A stretch of DNA of 47,505 nt from Perkinsus olseni. Its lineage: Eukaryota. The stretch covers positions 1 through 47,505 of the forward strand of contig JABANN010000248.1 of the NCBI GenBank assembly GCA_013115125.1, read 5' to 3'. The stretch's first letter is position 1, and every line of letters starts with the position of its first letter. Shown here piece after piece: positions 1 to 12,312 of this stretch. Position numbers and translations under genes: made by a program. The notes beneath the pieces are model-generated. The model ran no database searches, was not told the DNA's origin, and was given only the letters and a program-made list of their open reading frames with translations.

Positions 1-535
1 CTCAAACACGTAGTATGTGCTGAATTAGACTGATTTTTGTGATTTGCATATCGAATTGGAACACCCTGTATATTACGACGTATGGCAGCCCGGAGCTAGG
101 CTGAGATGCAAGAACGAGGTTGCTTTTTCTATCGTTCACTGAGCTAGAATAATGGTCTGTCGACTGAAGCGATGAGACGCTGTCGAGATGCTTCACCGCG
201 GCCGTCCCAGCCAACAACATTCCCAACCACACCAATCGATATTCCTATCCACAGAATACACCCTCGAGGTTCCAAAAGAGTAACCGATAGGAGTATCTTC
301 ATAGCTCTAGTCGAAAGAACTTAGACTACAGCAGCTCCGACCCATCTGATTACGTGAATGCCAACAGAGCTGCCCAGGGCCTCCTCAACCCATAACGTTT
401 GGTGATGATCTCTTCAGGAGAGTCATCCGCGAGGCCATGCTGTTGCGTTAATAGCGACCGTGAGTGCCGCAGTAGATGTTGCTGTTGCGGAGGAGGTCGG
501 TGTTCTCTAACAGGGGGTTGAAAACTACGCGGCAT
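1..535 (-). CDS. Possible 5' part of a hypothetical spliced gene running off the window start
   Basis: Minus-strand ORFs (MPRSFQPP...AALLAF; MVWLGMLLAG...) are separated by a plausible GT-AG intron. No recognisable domain. Confidence 0.25.
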
Positions 536-869
536 TACGATTAGGTAGACATAGTAGTAATAGAACAAAACTACCACTACCGAGAGCAACAACCTACCAA
601 CAACAGCAGCCCTACTACGAACAGTTATCACCTTTACCACAGTCAATGCTTGTCTCCCACTCGGACAATGGGAATGACTTCTTCAGCACCTACTGGTTGC
701 ACCTCCTGTTCACCAACCAAACCGCCCCCGGTCAGATTTATGATAAACCAAAGTCGTGGAGGGGTGTTGAGAGTATCTTTGAAACGATTACTATTCGTGC
801 TTCGACACACAATAGGCAGCAGTCACTCCTGGGAATCGAACCCGAGGCCTCTCGAATGACCACCCAGTA

Positions 870-2154
870 TTAGTCCTCCTCCATCTGTGCCTCCTCTTCC
901 TCTTCAATAGACTTCTTGGCACGTTCTTGGAGTTGATGGATCTCCGCTTGGGGAATCTGCCCGCCCGAAGGAGATAAACAATGAGATACCGAATTAATAT
1001 TTTTACCATTTTATGCGACTTTCCGGTGGCATCGCACAACACAGCCATCTCCAACTCCAAGTCCTTGTCCTGAAAAAAACGTGTGCCCCGACCTATTGTG
1101 TATCTTCCACGGTTGAACAGAAGATTCTCTCACCTTCTCGTCGTGGCACTTTTGGATTATCTTAGCTGCGCTGAACTTCGCTTCCTCGCAGGTCAGATTC
1201 ACATAAGGCACGGCTGCGTCGGTTGGCAGAAGTTTCTCAATTTCAGTGCGCCCGGCCTGACGACCCTTCCCTGATAAATACGAGGATGTTGAAGGCTGCG
1301 GTAAACGAAATAAAAGATACTCGTACCCACAGCGATCCCCTTGAACTTGATAGCAGTTCCACTGGGGTCGATGCCGTAGAGTTGAGGCCCCTCAACTTCA
1401 TCGTAAACGCCCAGGAGGACTGTGCTGCCGAATGGTCGAACTGAACAAAATGAACTCTCCTGCGATTTGAACCCTAGACCTCCTGTACGACACATTGACC
1501 CTCTAACCCGTTCCGCTATTACCACTCCAGTAAAGCGTGTACATGTGCATGAACATAGCTACGCGATCCGCCAGCACCGGTCCAGGGATGGGAGTAGAAT
1601 ATACTTGCTTGTACTGAGAGCACTCCTCCCGAGCTGAAACAATAAACACATGCCGCATCGACCGAGCCGACTAATTTCAAAGAGCGTTTTGGATTGAACG
1701 ATTTTCCCCGCACACTTCAGAATGAATTTCGCTTCCAAAAATAAAACGACGATGAGTATAATCATCATGACTACCTCTCTCAACGATCTGCTTAGCATCG
1801 GCAACAAGCCCAGAGATGGCCAGAGTGGCGTGACGATCCACTGGGAATATCCTCTTGTTGGTACCCGGCACCAACATCTTCGATAGAAGAAATTTCTCGT
1901 TGGCGAAGACGATCTGAACGGGAAGGGGGAATTGCGGTATACAATAGCGATGGAATTTATTACTCCGTCCTTGCAGCACAGAGCGAGGGCAGTGCCGCCG
2001 TTATCAACTGCCTTCTGAGCGTACTCGATCTAAGACAAACATGTGTTAGCCCGTTCTGTATCCTGCATGCTTCGAGCTAAGATACCTGGAAGACCCTTCC
2101 ATCAGGGGAGTACGTCGTAGCCGAGAGATCGTATCCAGAGCCTGTTCCCGACAT
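870..2154 (-). CDS. PSMA3: 20S proteasome subunit alpha type-3 (alpha7), multi-exon
   Basis: Exons read MSGTGSGYDLSATTYSPDGRVFQ, KMLVPGTNKRIFPVDRH...GLVADAKQIVER, VRPFGSTVLLG...GPQLYGIDPSG and ELEMAVLC, ending in the acidic tail AKKSIEEEEEAQMEED* (TAA at 870-872). Confidence 0.95.
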
Positions 2155-2535
2155 TATTCCGCAAAATTAATCAAAACACTGCCTCAGATCGCTAGTTGAT
2201 CTCCGATCCCGGATGAATCTTGGGGTTGAGCGTGAAAGATACAAAACAGGTCGAGGTACGACCCAAGAATCGGCCGGCTCTGACTTGGAGTTGCACCACA
2301 ACCAAGACATCGCATTTCAGAGCTGCATCAGAGATGTCGCACTGAGTTTTTAAGCCGCACCACCATACTCCGAAGTGCATTACAGAACTCTAATGCGCGC
2401 GGGACGGAGACGCTCGGGATGAATCCTAATCGATTAGAATGGCGAGCGCTGTTGACAGCGCAGAAACGACGAGTATGAGATCCACATTCACGTCTAAGTG
2501 CTTTCCCTCAGGGATCCTGCCGACACTCAGTTGAC

Positions 2536-3989
2536 ATGGACCTTCCAGACGGCTTCATCGACCCTTCCGACGGTAGTCGTGCTGCTGTTCATATCTTGAG
2601 GTCGACTCATGCGTTTCTCAGGTGGGAAGAATCAAAGCGCCTTCACCTACAATGCTGAGCGAGTGATAGGTAGGCTGCGGGCCTTGGTCTACCCTCCCCT
2701 TGTTCAGTGGACTATTCTGTCTCTCAGGGAACGGCTCCTTTGGGATAGTCTATCAAGCGACAGTCGTGGAGACTCAAGAGAGCGTAGCCATCAAAAAGGT
2801 CTTCCAGGACAAACGATATAAAAATCGGGAACTGCACATAATGAGAGAGCTCAAGCATCCCAATGTTGTAAGTCTATCATCATCAGTAATCCTCAGTCCG
2901 ATTGAGGCGCACCTTCAGGTTACTCTGAAGCACGCGTTTTACACGAATGGTGAGCGGCCCGATGAGCTCTTCCTCAACGTCGTTATGGACTACATGTCTG
3001 ACACAGTTTATCGAGTGGTGAAGTTTTATAGCAAACAAAAGCGTCAAGTGCCGTTGCTGCTGTGCAAGCTGTATGCCTATCAAGTATGCCGTGCCCTCTC
3101 CTACTTACACAACCTTGGCATCTGCCATCGAGACATCAAACCACAGAATCTTCTGGTCTGCGCTGATACACATCGAGTTAAGATATGCGACTTTGGCTCG
3201 GCCAAGAGGCTCATCCCCGGCGAGAGTAACGTCTCCTACATCTGCAGTCGCTACTACCGTGCGCCTGAGCTCATATTCGGTGCCACAGAGTACACCTGCG
3301 TTATCGATACTTGGAGCGCTGGTGAGTGGCAAAGGCTTCCGTGACTCCGAGTGCCCTTGGTACGCTCAGGTTGTGTACTCGCCGAGACCATACTCGGGTC
3401 TCCGTTATTCCCCGGTGAAAGTGGAGTTGATCAGCTTGTTGAAGTTATCAAAATACTAGGTGAGTTCGGAAGGCGTTCGATGTTGTTAACTTGCAGTCAG
3501 GTACCCCCACGAAGGAGCAGTTGCTGGCGATGAACCCGAATTACACCGAGTTCAAATTCCCTCACATTAAGGCACATACTTGGCAGAAGGTTTTCCGCTC
3601 GAAAACGGCACCCGATGCTATCGAATTCGTAAGTGAAGTTGCTCGTCTTGAGGGCGCTAGTGTCCTCCTGTCAGATCGGTTGTACGTTGAGATACGACCC
3701 GGCCGAGCGGATCACAACAACGCAATGTTTGACGCACGTTTTCTTTGACGAATTGCGGTTGAAGTCCACTACACTACCCCCGGGCATTTTCGGGAGGGAG
3801 GCCCCCGAAAAGCCCCTCCCTCCTCTGTTCGATTTCAGCCAGGAAGAATTAATCGCATTCAGCCGGTTACCGGATGGCAAGAAGTTGGTCCCTCAATGGT
3901 ACACTAAATGCAGCAGTTTGGAGGCTCCACCAGTTGTGGCCGGATCGAGTAGCTCATCCTCGTCATCTTCAAGTTCTGCTTTCTTTTAA
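2536..3989 (+). CDS. GSK3: Glycogen synthase kinase-3 / shaggy-like Ser/Thr kinase, multi-exon
   Basis: Motifs [77 protein letters not shown] and [11 protein letters not shown]. The start at ATG 2536 is inferred because the upstream ATG at 2439 does not splice in frame. Confidence 0.95.
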
Positions 3990-4185
3990 CACGAAGTTTG
4001 GCCATCGTGATGCATGATTATAATTGGCGAAGTGTCGTCGTCGTCCACTCATGACGACGACCGCCGGATGGAAGGTTGATTATTATTTTGTTATTATTTT
4101 CATTTCACATCTTTGCGTGTTATATGATGACGACGGTGTCCATGAACATACGGAATAGCGACGAATTTGGGTTGTCAATTCATCA

Positions 4186-4939
4186 ATGGAAAAGAATTTG
4201 TCGCCGCGCCAGGAAATGTCGAAGCTTCACATTGCCTGCATCGCGGGTGCTAAGGAGGTAGACGAGGAGTTGCTGGCGGATGGTGTGGACGTCAGTGCGG
4301 TGATGACGGCGGCGATCTGGGGACGGAAAGAGTTACTGAGGAGATTATTAGAAGTCAATCCCGAGGTGAAGCCTCGTTTGTTGTGAACTTAAAACCTCAG
4401 CGGATTATGTGTGCTAGACCCGTTGCACGTGATTAATTCTTGCAATGTGAATTTGAAAGGGGGATAAGTTGGTAAATTTGCTAAGGTGTTTACGATACAT
4501 GGCGCCATCGCCGCCTGTTTGATAGTGTCGGCCGGAGCGCCTCACCCGATGTACCTCAGGCCATCAGTGAAGACTGTTCTCTATTGCACATCGCCGCTCA
4601 TCATTGCCAACTAGAGACGCTCAAATGGTTAGTAGAGGAAGGCGGCTTCAGAGGGCAACTGGCGAGCCTGGACAGCAAGGGACGGACCCCGCTCAAGGTG
4701 AGCTCTCCTGATCATAATTTCGTGTTTGATTGCTGAGAAATAACGTGAGAAATAACGCGCACAGACGCGTGTTCTTCTCAGTGGGCGGATTCCTCCCAGA
4801 TGCTCAGCATTTCTATCTGATGTTTCAGGTGGTAGAAGAGAGAGGAGAGGGAAGGTTCCTGAGGGAGGAGACCATCGCTTATCTCCGAGAAGTCGAGACA
4901 ACAGAAACGAAGACGAAAAACGCCAAAAAGAAGAAATGA
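4186..4939 (+). CDS. Small ankyrin-repeat protein, multi-exon
   Basis: Ankyrin-like segments SKLHIACIAGAKEVDEELLADGVDV, AAIWGRKELLRRLLE and SLLHIAAHHCQLETLKWLVEEGG...DSKGRTPLK, with a lysine-rich end (KNAKKKK*). Confidence 0.75.
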
Positions 4940-5171
4940 CAACTACGAATGATGTTGAGTTTGTTGCAATATGGTATCCGTCACTACGACGCTATCGGGT
5001 TACACTCGTCGAGAAGACGCTCAGCGGTGATATGTCATTACTATGGCGAGGTGGCGCAACTCATCAAGGGCTCACCATTATATTCCGATATATACATGAG
5101 CGGTCAGAAATTCGAAGTGACAACTTTAATTGTCTAATACCTGAAGATATAATCTGGTGACGCTGGGGCAT

Positions 5172-6900
5172 TCAGGAGTACGGCGGTACAGATTGGAGGA
5201 AGTATGCGTTGAGAACGCTGCCATCTTCATCAACGCTTCTTGTTATGTCATTGATCGGCTCTGTTGACTCAAGCGGAGGAGTGCTTCTAATGCTGAGGTC
5301 GCGGGAGAGCATTCACATCGAAGCACGGTTGCCATCTCGCGGAGGCTCTGCGAAGGAAACAGCAGAAAGCATCGTATTGGTGAACCTTTCATTACACGTT
5401 CCACGCTTAAACCCTATCACGACCTTTTGACACGTCCGAGCTCCGTTCAACACAATTCGCGTTTCATGGGAACCACTTGAGCATGATTCGATCGTTTATC
5501 CCATCAAAGGCTCATGTTGTGTTCTCCAGCCGGTAAAACTTTCTTTTCAGGGAGAGTTCAGTTCGGCCTTTGGAAAACCTGCCCATCACAGTTTACCATT
5601 CCGCTAGCGCCGAGGAGGGTCGTGTGTTACCTAAAGTGCCCAGAGTCAAGTGCAGATTTGAAATCTGTACCGTGGATCGAGTGGGCCCTGAGAAGCTCGC
5701 GCACCTCCTCTTCCTGACGCCGAACGACTGAGCGAATGCCGCTCGAGAGAGTTCTTACCGCCCACTTGGAGCCTTTCAAAAGTCCTGACGCTCCGGACTC
5801 AGAGTTTAGTACCTGGAAGACAGGTCGTACAAAAAACGACGGATCGACGGTGATATATCTCAAAAGATGGATGAGGTTAACCTCTCACTGACTGCCCTAC
5901 TGAGTTATCATCGTCCAGACTTGATTCCGATGCCTGTAGGACTGACTCTGCCGACGCAGAGGCTTCCTCATCTATCTGGTTCCTCTTCAGCTCAGTATCA
6001 TCATCAGCAACTGTCGGCCTAGAACCGGGTTGACACAGAACCCTCGGATGGTGCTCACCGTATGGCTTCAGCAGGCCCCTCATCACCCTTGGCAGATGAC
6101 GCAGTAGGCGCAGTTGGGGACTAAAGGAATGAACTCGAAAATATTATCTTGGCCTCCTTCAGAGCGAGGCATGCTCACACTCGATGAGTCATCCCTCAAC
6201 CTCCACTCCCAGAGAGCACAATGGGTTGCATCGCCCACGCACAGCCCATCACTGAGGAGTCCCCTCCTGCAGTAGCCTTCCATCTTCTCCCCGATAAATT
6301 GGACCAGCGATGAGCCTTCAGAAGGCAAGAGTGGAGTGACCGTCATTTCCAGCGACTGACCGTGGCAGGGCTGCTGGTGAGACTCTCCGGTACGCGTACG
6401 TTTGGTCTCTGGCGGCCTCTCATCGTTTTCACCTCGGAAACTGCCAATGGAGCATAGCAGACAGGTCCGTGACTATGAAGGATTACTTGTCAGCAAAGCG
6501 CCATTCAATAAGTATAATATCGATGATATCAGAGAGAGGTATCTCAGCGTACTTTCGAAGCTCCCCAACACGAGCGTCGACATAAGATTTGAATGAGGAC
6601 CCTGAGTGATGCGTCCCAACAACAGGCGAGCAAGACGACACTCCTGCGACCTGTGCCAAGTGGCCGTGGGCCCGAGAGGCGAGGATGCTCCATTGAGTGA
6701 GCGTGAAGGAAGGAGTGTAATACACTAACAGACTACTAAGTGACTTACTTCTCCTCGTGGGTGGAACTGGAAGGAGACGAGACAACTCATCAGCTGCATC
6801 CTGCGGGCCGTTTAGAGTTCAATTCTTCCGGTCTACTGGATGGATCCTGTTATTCTTCGAGAACTTTGCAGCAACCTCAAGGTAACGTGTTAGAACCGAA
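5172..6900 (-). CDS. Hypothetical multi-exon protein
   Basis: A chain of minus-strand ORF segments bounded by GT/AG (e.g. DAADELSRLLPVPPTRR, EIPLSDIIDIILIEWRFADK, HCALWEWRLRDD, RAHSIHGTDFKSALDSGHFR). No family recognised; ends approximate. Confidence 0.4.
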
Positions 6901-6983
6901 TGAGCGATCGTTGAGCATAGGCTTCGACCAGTGGTCGAGAAACCTGATTACAACTGACGCAATACATCACGAATAGAAACATG

Positions 6984-9270
6984 TCACGATGATGATGAGG
7001 CTTGGCAGTCTTCCCCAGCCAAGTCCCGTGACGGGTCAAAGCGAGCCTTCATCTCCCTGAAGAGCCTGCTGGGAGGTGGAAGGGCGCCCTCATCGTCCAA
7101 CGCCCGGACCGCTTGGGTGGCCAGGAACTCCCCTACCAAAGGCTACCATCCCAACAACAGCCGTGCGGCGAGGAGCTCACCGATAACGGGAGCAAACTTG
7201 AAGCCCTCGCCGGAGAAGCCTGTCGCCACTTGTACTCGGCCGTCCGGGGCATCCCAGTGGGCTCCGATTATGAAATCATCTGACATCATCAACGCCCTCA
7301 GCCGGGGCAGCGGCGACAGGCGTACAATCTTTCATGCAGCTGAGTTGATATAAGCATCGACCATAACTACAGGCATGCGTGCCATCGAGGCCTGGGAGAT
7401 ACTGTTGTATAAAACCATTGGTAGCAGACTCGAGGTAAGGGTCCTTCTCGACCGGTACCTGCCGCCCACCAGAAGAATAATCTTCCTCGTCACTCCCAAC
7501 AAACGAGCCGAGGATGACTGGTCTGGACGTTCGTTGCATTCACCCAGGGCTGTTGGACCGTGCGCTACTCCTACTGAGGAACGGCCGCACTCAAGTACGG
7601 CCAACGAAGTTCTACAGGGCTGAGCCCAGAAACAACAGCTGCCAACTTCTAGCGGTATTCCGTCAGGGAGCATAATCAATCGACACTTCCAAGCTCACCT
7701 CTTTGATGGTCTCGGACGATCTCGAGACCGGCAGCTTCGGTAACTGCACTTTGAAGGGAAGTATGTGCTGAAGGCTTCTGATAATCTGCCCATCTTGATG
7801 CTGTCCAACTTTCACCGCGCCAATCTGAGAGAATACCCACGGTTGAAGCTGGCAGAGAATCTTTCGACTTACTCCTCCGCGCAGAGCTGGCAGACAGTAG
7901 ATTCCCAACTCCCTGTCGGGGAAATGGGGGCGATTGTGAAGGGCTGAAGGGATTGGTTTCCGACAGAAGTCAGCGAGGACTATACTAATTATTATCGGCA
8001 TTTTCGATGTCTCATGCAATGGGAGATCCTCAGCCTTCTTCGGTTCGTAGTATCTAAGGTCGATCCGTACATCTCGCAAAAACGCAGGAGGCCAGTACGT
8101 GAATTGCTCAGCTGTCGTGATGTAATTCATCAACCCAAGATAACTGTTATGTAACAGTTGGTTGGTCCAGGAGCCACAGGCGAGGATCAACGACTGAGAG
8201 AAGGAAACATCCAGTGCGAGGGCGGTGCGAGGGAGCCCCGTCGCCGCCGCTTACCCCGTATTTGACGATCTTCCCAGACCCAAAAGTAACGGTGCGGTTG
8301 TGTACGTCGACTGATACGGCCTCATCCTCAGCAATGTGATCATCGCCGACAGCAGTTCTATGTTAATGATGCATCGCTCCGCCGCCACCGGTCTCCTACT
8401 TCAACGCTTCTACCGCTTCCGTTGCGAATATGCAAGCACCATCTGTCTGCTCGATGGCAACATCACCTGGCAGGATGAAACTGTTGAGCTCCGACTGATG
8501 CATCTCACTTCTTTTCAAACGAACCATAGGATACTCCTTCTTCACCTCCCTCGGGCTGAGCTCCTGAAGTAGCGGCTACCCGCGGCGAGATGACGGCGGT
8601 GTAATTACTCGATAAGTGATGCCCAGAGTGTTGTAAGCCGTAGTAAGGTTCTTCAATAGATGCATAGTAGTGTCATGGTAAATCGTTAGCATAGGGCTCG
8701 GTTGCATCAACTCCTCCTTGACGATGCCTTCTAGAGCAGACCAAAGTGCATACGACCGCTGCATCATCCTGCGGTAATGGCACTACGCCTACAGACCGAC
8801 GCTGCCACCTACCTGATCTTCATCTCATCAGCGTATGCCAACCGCAGTATTCGAGATTCGCCCCAGCTCGACGTTATAGTCGAATCGCCTGAGCAAGCTT
8901 CTGCTGCGGCTGGATAAGATTCACAACTTACTTTTCTCCACGACAACAAAAGATACCGGCGATCCATCCTTCCTTTTCAACTTGGACGCGGCCCATGCCG
9001 CGCTGAGGCCCATCACCCCTCCACCCAATACAAGTACGTCAACAGTGCTTGGCAGGCGAGGGTCACCGACAAACTGGTTAGTGATTAGTATCTTCCATTT
9101 TTGGGCAAGCTCGAGGGTATCATTGAAGTAGCCGTATCTAAAGTATATCCAGGCACCCACGAGCGCACCTGAAGGTATCCAACATGCAGCGACGTCAGAT
9201 ACTCTCCCTTACACTTTTTCCCGCAGTAGCGCCGGACGAAGTCGTATGGTTGTCGAGCGTATTGCCACAT
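6984..9270 (-). CDS. FAD-dependent oxidoreductase, sarcosine/pipecolate oxidase (MSOX/PIPOX)-like
   Basis: Rossmann motif DVLVLGGGVMGLSAAW, then SSWGESRILRLAY, ILACGSWTNQLL and DFIIG...ATGFSGEGFKFAPVIGE. Stop TGA at 6984-6986. Confidence 0.88.
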
Positions 9271-10463
9271 TTGGTGAAAATGAAATGAATGGGGATTGAC
9301 CCCCTTCACTTCTGTGAATCAGGTTGTGACTTCCACAATGTATCGTTACAATGACGCTTTGCCCTACTCACGCATGGGAGCTACCATTCGGTCGTCTGCT
9401 AACCACCATCGCTGAATCGCCGTCAAACATACATTTCTCCAGCCTTCTGGGTCTCTCAGGAATGTGCCGACGAGAGACGGACTGGTCTGCCTTCCCGGGG
9501 AGTCCATGCAGATGCCAGTTATTTTTCTACTCCACCTTCCCTTTTGTTCACCCTCTCTTGACGTGACGCCTTGGACACGAGCGACGAGACGAAGAAAGAC
9601 GCTAGCCGTATGAACACGTACCGATAGCGTCACTGTCCCTCTCGTGCAACCTCTTCCCTCTCACAGTTCTGGTAACACATTTACGGCCTGCCCTCCTTGC
9701 GCTGAACTCACCAACTTGATACAACGGTGAGAACTGTGCGTCTGCTAGCGTGGAAGCTCGATTTTTTTTGGATTGGGGAGATGCCTCATGTAGTCGACTC
9801 TAGCATGAGTGACACAACCGTGACACTTGTTCATGCTCGGTTAGGCTGAGTTAATCTCGGAACTTCGACTACTGTCAGCTACCACTCCATCCTCATAAAT
9901 TCCACGTTTGCCACTCTGAGCCGCCCACTAATAAACGCGATACCCTCATTCTACAGAAAGGGCAATCTTACAGGGACTGACAGTGAACTCTGGCCGGGCC
10001 GACGCGAACCTTGTAGTTGTTGTACCTGAAATAGCGAAGCCAATAGCGAGAAGCGCGATAAAGTTCGAGCATCAAACGAAGCAATGAATAGAGAAAGCTT
10101 ACTCACCTTCGTCCGATAGAGGCAGTCCGTCCTCCTCGCCCGGCCGGGAGGCCAGGCAAGAACTTAGTCTTGAACGTTGTTACCAATGAAGTAGACGCAG
10201 TGGGTAGCTTTTGCAATAGTAGATTAAAAACTATCCTCTTGGATAGAACTGACTGAGTTGAGATGAGACACTTCGGATAAATCGGTCAATGGACTTATAT
10301 TATCATGCCGGACATGATATGCCCGTATATATTATAAAATATTATATATTAATATAAATCATTTTATTGGAAGTTCAAACTTTGAATGACTTAAACTATC
10401 ATCTCCTACTGGAACTAAGTCCCAGTGACTTCCTAAGTGATGGTGTTCATAGACTGTGGACCC

Positions 10464-10498
10464 TAGTCTATGACTCATAGATGATGAGTCATAGACTA
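10464..10498. repeat. Perfect 15-bp inverted repeat with a 5-nt spacer
   Basis: TAGTCTATGACTCAT-AGATG-ATGAGTCATAGACTA. Confidence 0.9.
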
Positions 10499-10839
10499 TG
10501 ACACATCATCATACAGCAGGTATTGATGTGATCGGGTTACGAATCGATAACTCAAATCACATTACTTACGAACCGTGACCCTCGGCCCGCGTAGTCGGTT
10601 TCAGAAACGTCGTAGGTATACGCACCCCGCAGCCCGCCGAGCTTTTGACTGAGCGACTTGCGTATCTTGCGCTCTCTCAGTATTCTTTTTTGTATCGTAG
10701 TCTGTGCGTGCTTGTTAAATGCTTGTGGGGACTCTCCTAATGGTAGGCATCAGTCCTTGTGTTCGCTAAGATGACCAGGAACAGAACTCCTCTCAGATAT
10801 CTTTGATACCCACATATATCGCGTTTTTCGACGAGCTCA

Positions 10840-12230
10840 ATGGCGGCCTCCGTACAGCAGCAGTCGACGGGTATACATCAAGAATGCGCGGACGATGACA
10901 TGACACCTGCTGACTTGAAGATAATACTACTTGGTAGGACTTGGCTGAAGGGGAGGACTTGGCTGAAGAGCAGTCCCTCCGTGGCGGAGATGGCGAGTTG
11001 ACGAAACGCTCTACAACCGTGGGCGTTGTGTCTTTAGGTGATTCAGCGTCGGGAAAGAGCAAGCTAGTTGAACGGTTCCTGCTGGACGACTATAATCCGC
11101 GGCAACTATCAACTTACGCTGTGAACCTTTTTCGTTATTCCACTACCACGGAAGGTAGTACAATCTCGTGGCGCGGCGAAGGGTTGTGGCGCTTCAGATG
11201 GTCGTCAATGGAAAGTTGACCTGTGGGACACTGCGGGACAGGAACAGTTCAATAAACTCCATCCGAGCTACTATTACAAAGCAAATGCGGCTATACTGGT
11301 CTTCGACATCACCAGGAAAATCACCTACAAACATCTGTAGTGTTGGTGGGCCGTGCTGCTGATTGAAAACGCCTAAGATCCCAGCTTGACTCCTGCTCGT
11401 CTTAGCGAGTGAGGGCAGCTCACTCGCGAATTGGCTTGTTTCATTTCCGCATTTCACGATGGCTCTGTGGCACAGAGTCTGTGCTCTTCTCTCGTCTCAT
11501 TGCCCCTATACATGGAAGCAGCAATGTACAAGGCTAGCGTCAAAGAAGAATTTCCCATCTTCTCATTTTCGCCCTTCTTTTCGTTCACGATCGACTGGCG
11601 GGGCAACGGAGATGCACAACTGTCTTAGACCTCATCACCGCGGAATTCTCTGTGGCTCGCGTATTTCCTGTCCTGATATCATGATTCCCTCTCACACATC
11701 CCTCGATGTAAGATTCTTGGCCATGTCAGCCAAGACTGGTTCTCCGAACTCCGCCAGCATGTTGAAGATGTGCCGGCGATATGTGTGGCGAATAAGATCG
11801 ATATCGACATGACGGTCACCGAGGTGATGATACTCTCGACCTCAGCTCCAACCGGAATCCTTCTTCAGCGTAATTTCGCATTCCCGGCTCGCCACAAGCT
11901 GCCCTTTTATTTCGTCAGTGCGAGCAATGGCACCAACGTTGTGAAGGTGAGGGGGTATCTTTGGACACGCGTGCAGAGATCAATCGATGTCGACCTATCA
12001 GGGGATTCCTACGATTTTGCATTTCTTCGTAGGTTTTCAGAGAGGCTCTCAAACTAGCGGTGGCGAACAAGGAGTGTCCGCCCGATGAGGTAGTGGAGGG
12101 GCGGAGCGAAGCGTTTTATCCGCGGAAAAGAGATCCATACCACAATAGAGGGGAATCTTCTGAACTCGTTTAGGTCCTCGATGAAATATACAGACTCTTG
12201 AAGGCAGATGATAATAATGCTGCTGCATGA
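10840..12230 (+). CDS. RABL2: Rab-like 2 small GTPase (ciliary/IFT), multi-exon
   Basis: LGDSASGKSKLVERFLLDDYNPRQLSTYAVNLFRY, WDTAGQEQFNKLHPSYYYKANAAILVFDITRKITYKHL, VANKIDID and LPFYFVSASNGTNVVK, with no C-terminal prenylation Cys. Confidence 0.9.
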
Positions 12231-12312
12231 CCCCACGTTACACTTCTCCATTCCGCCGTTGGTGTTGAGAGTTGGGACCGTCGTCAATTCCTTCACAGTT
12301 GGTTTTTTCGCG

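Noticed and set aside
2439-2472. Upstream ATG as the GSK3 start
   Set aside because: Splicing at the following GT leads to an in-frame stop, and the ATG lies inside the ATCGAT-N6 motif.
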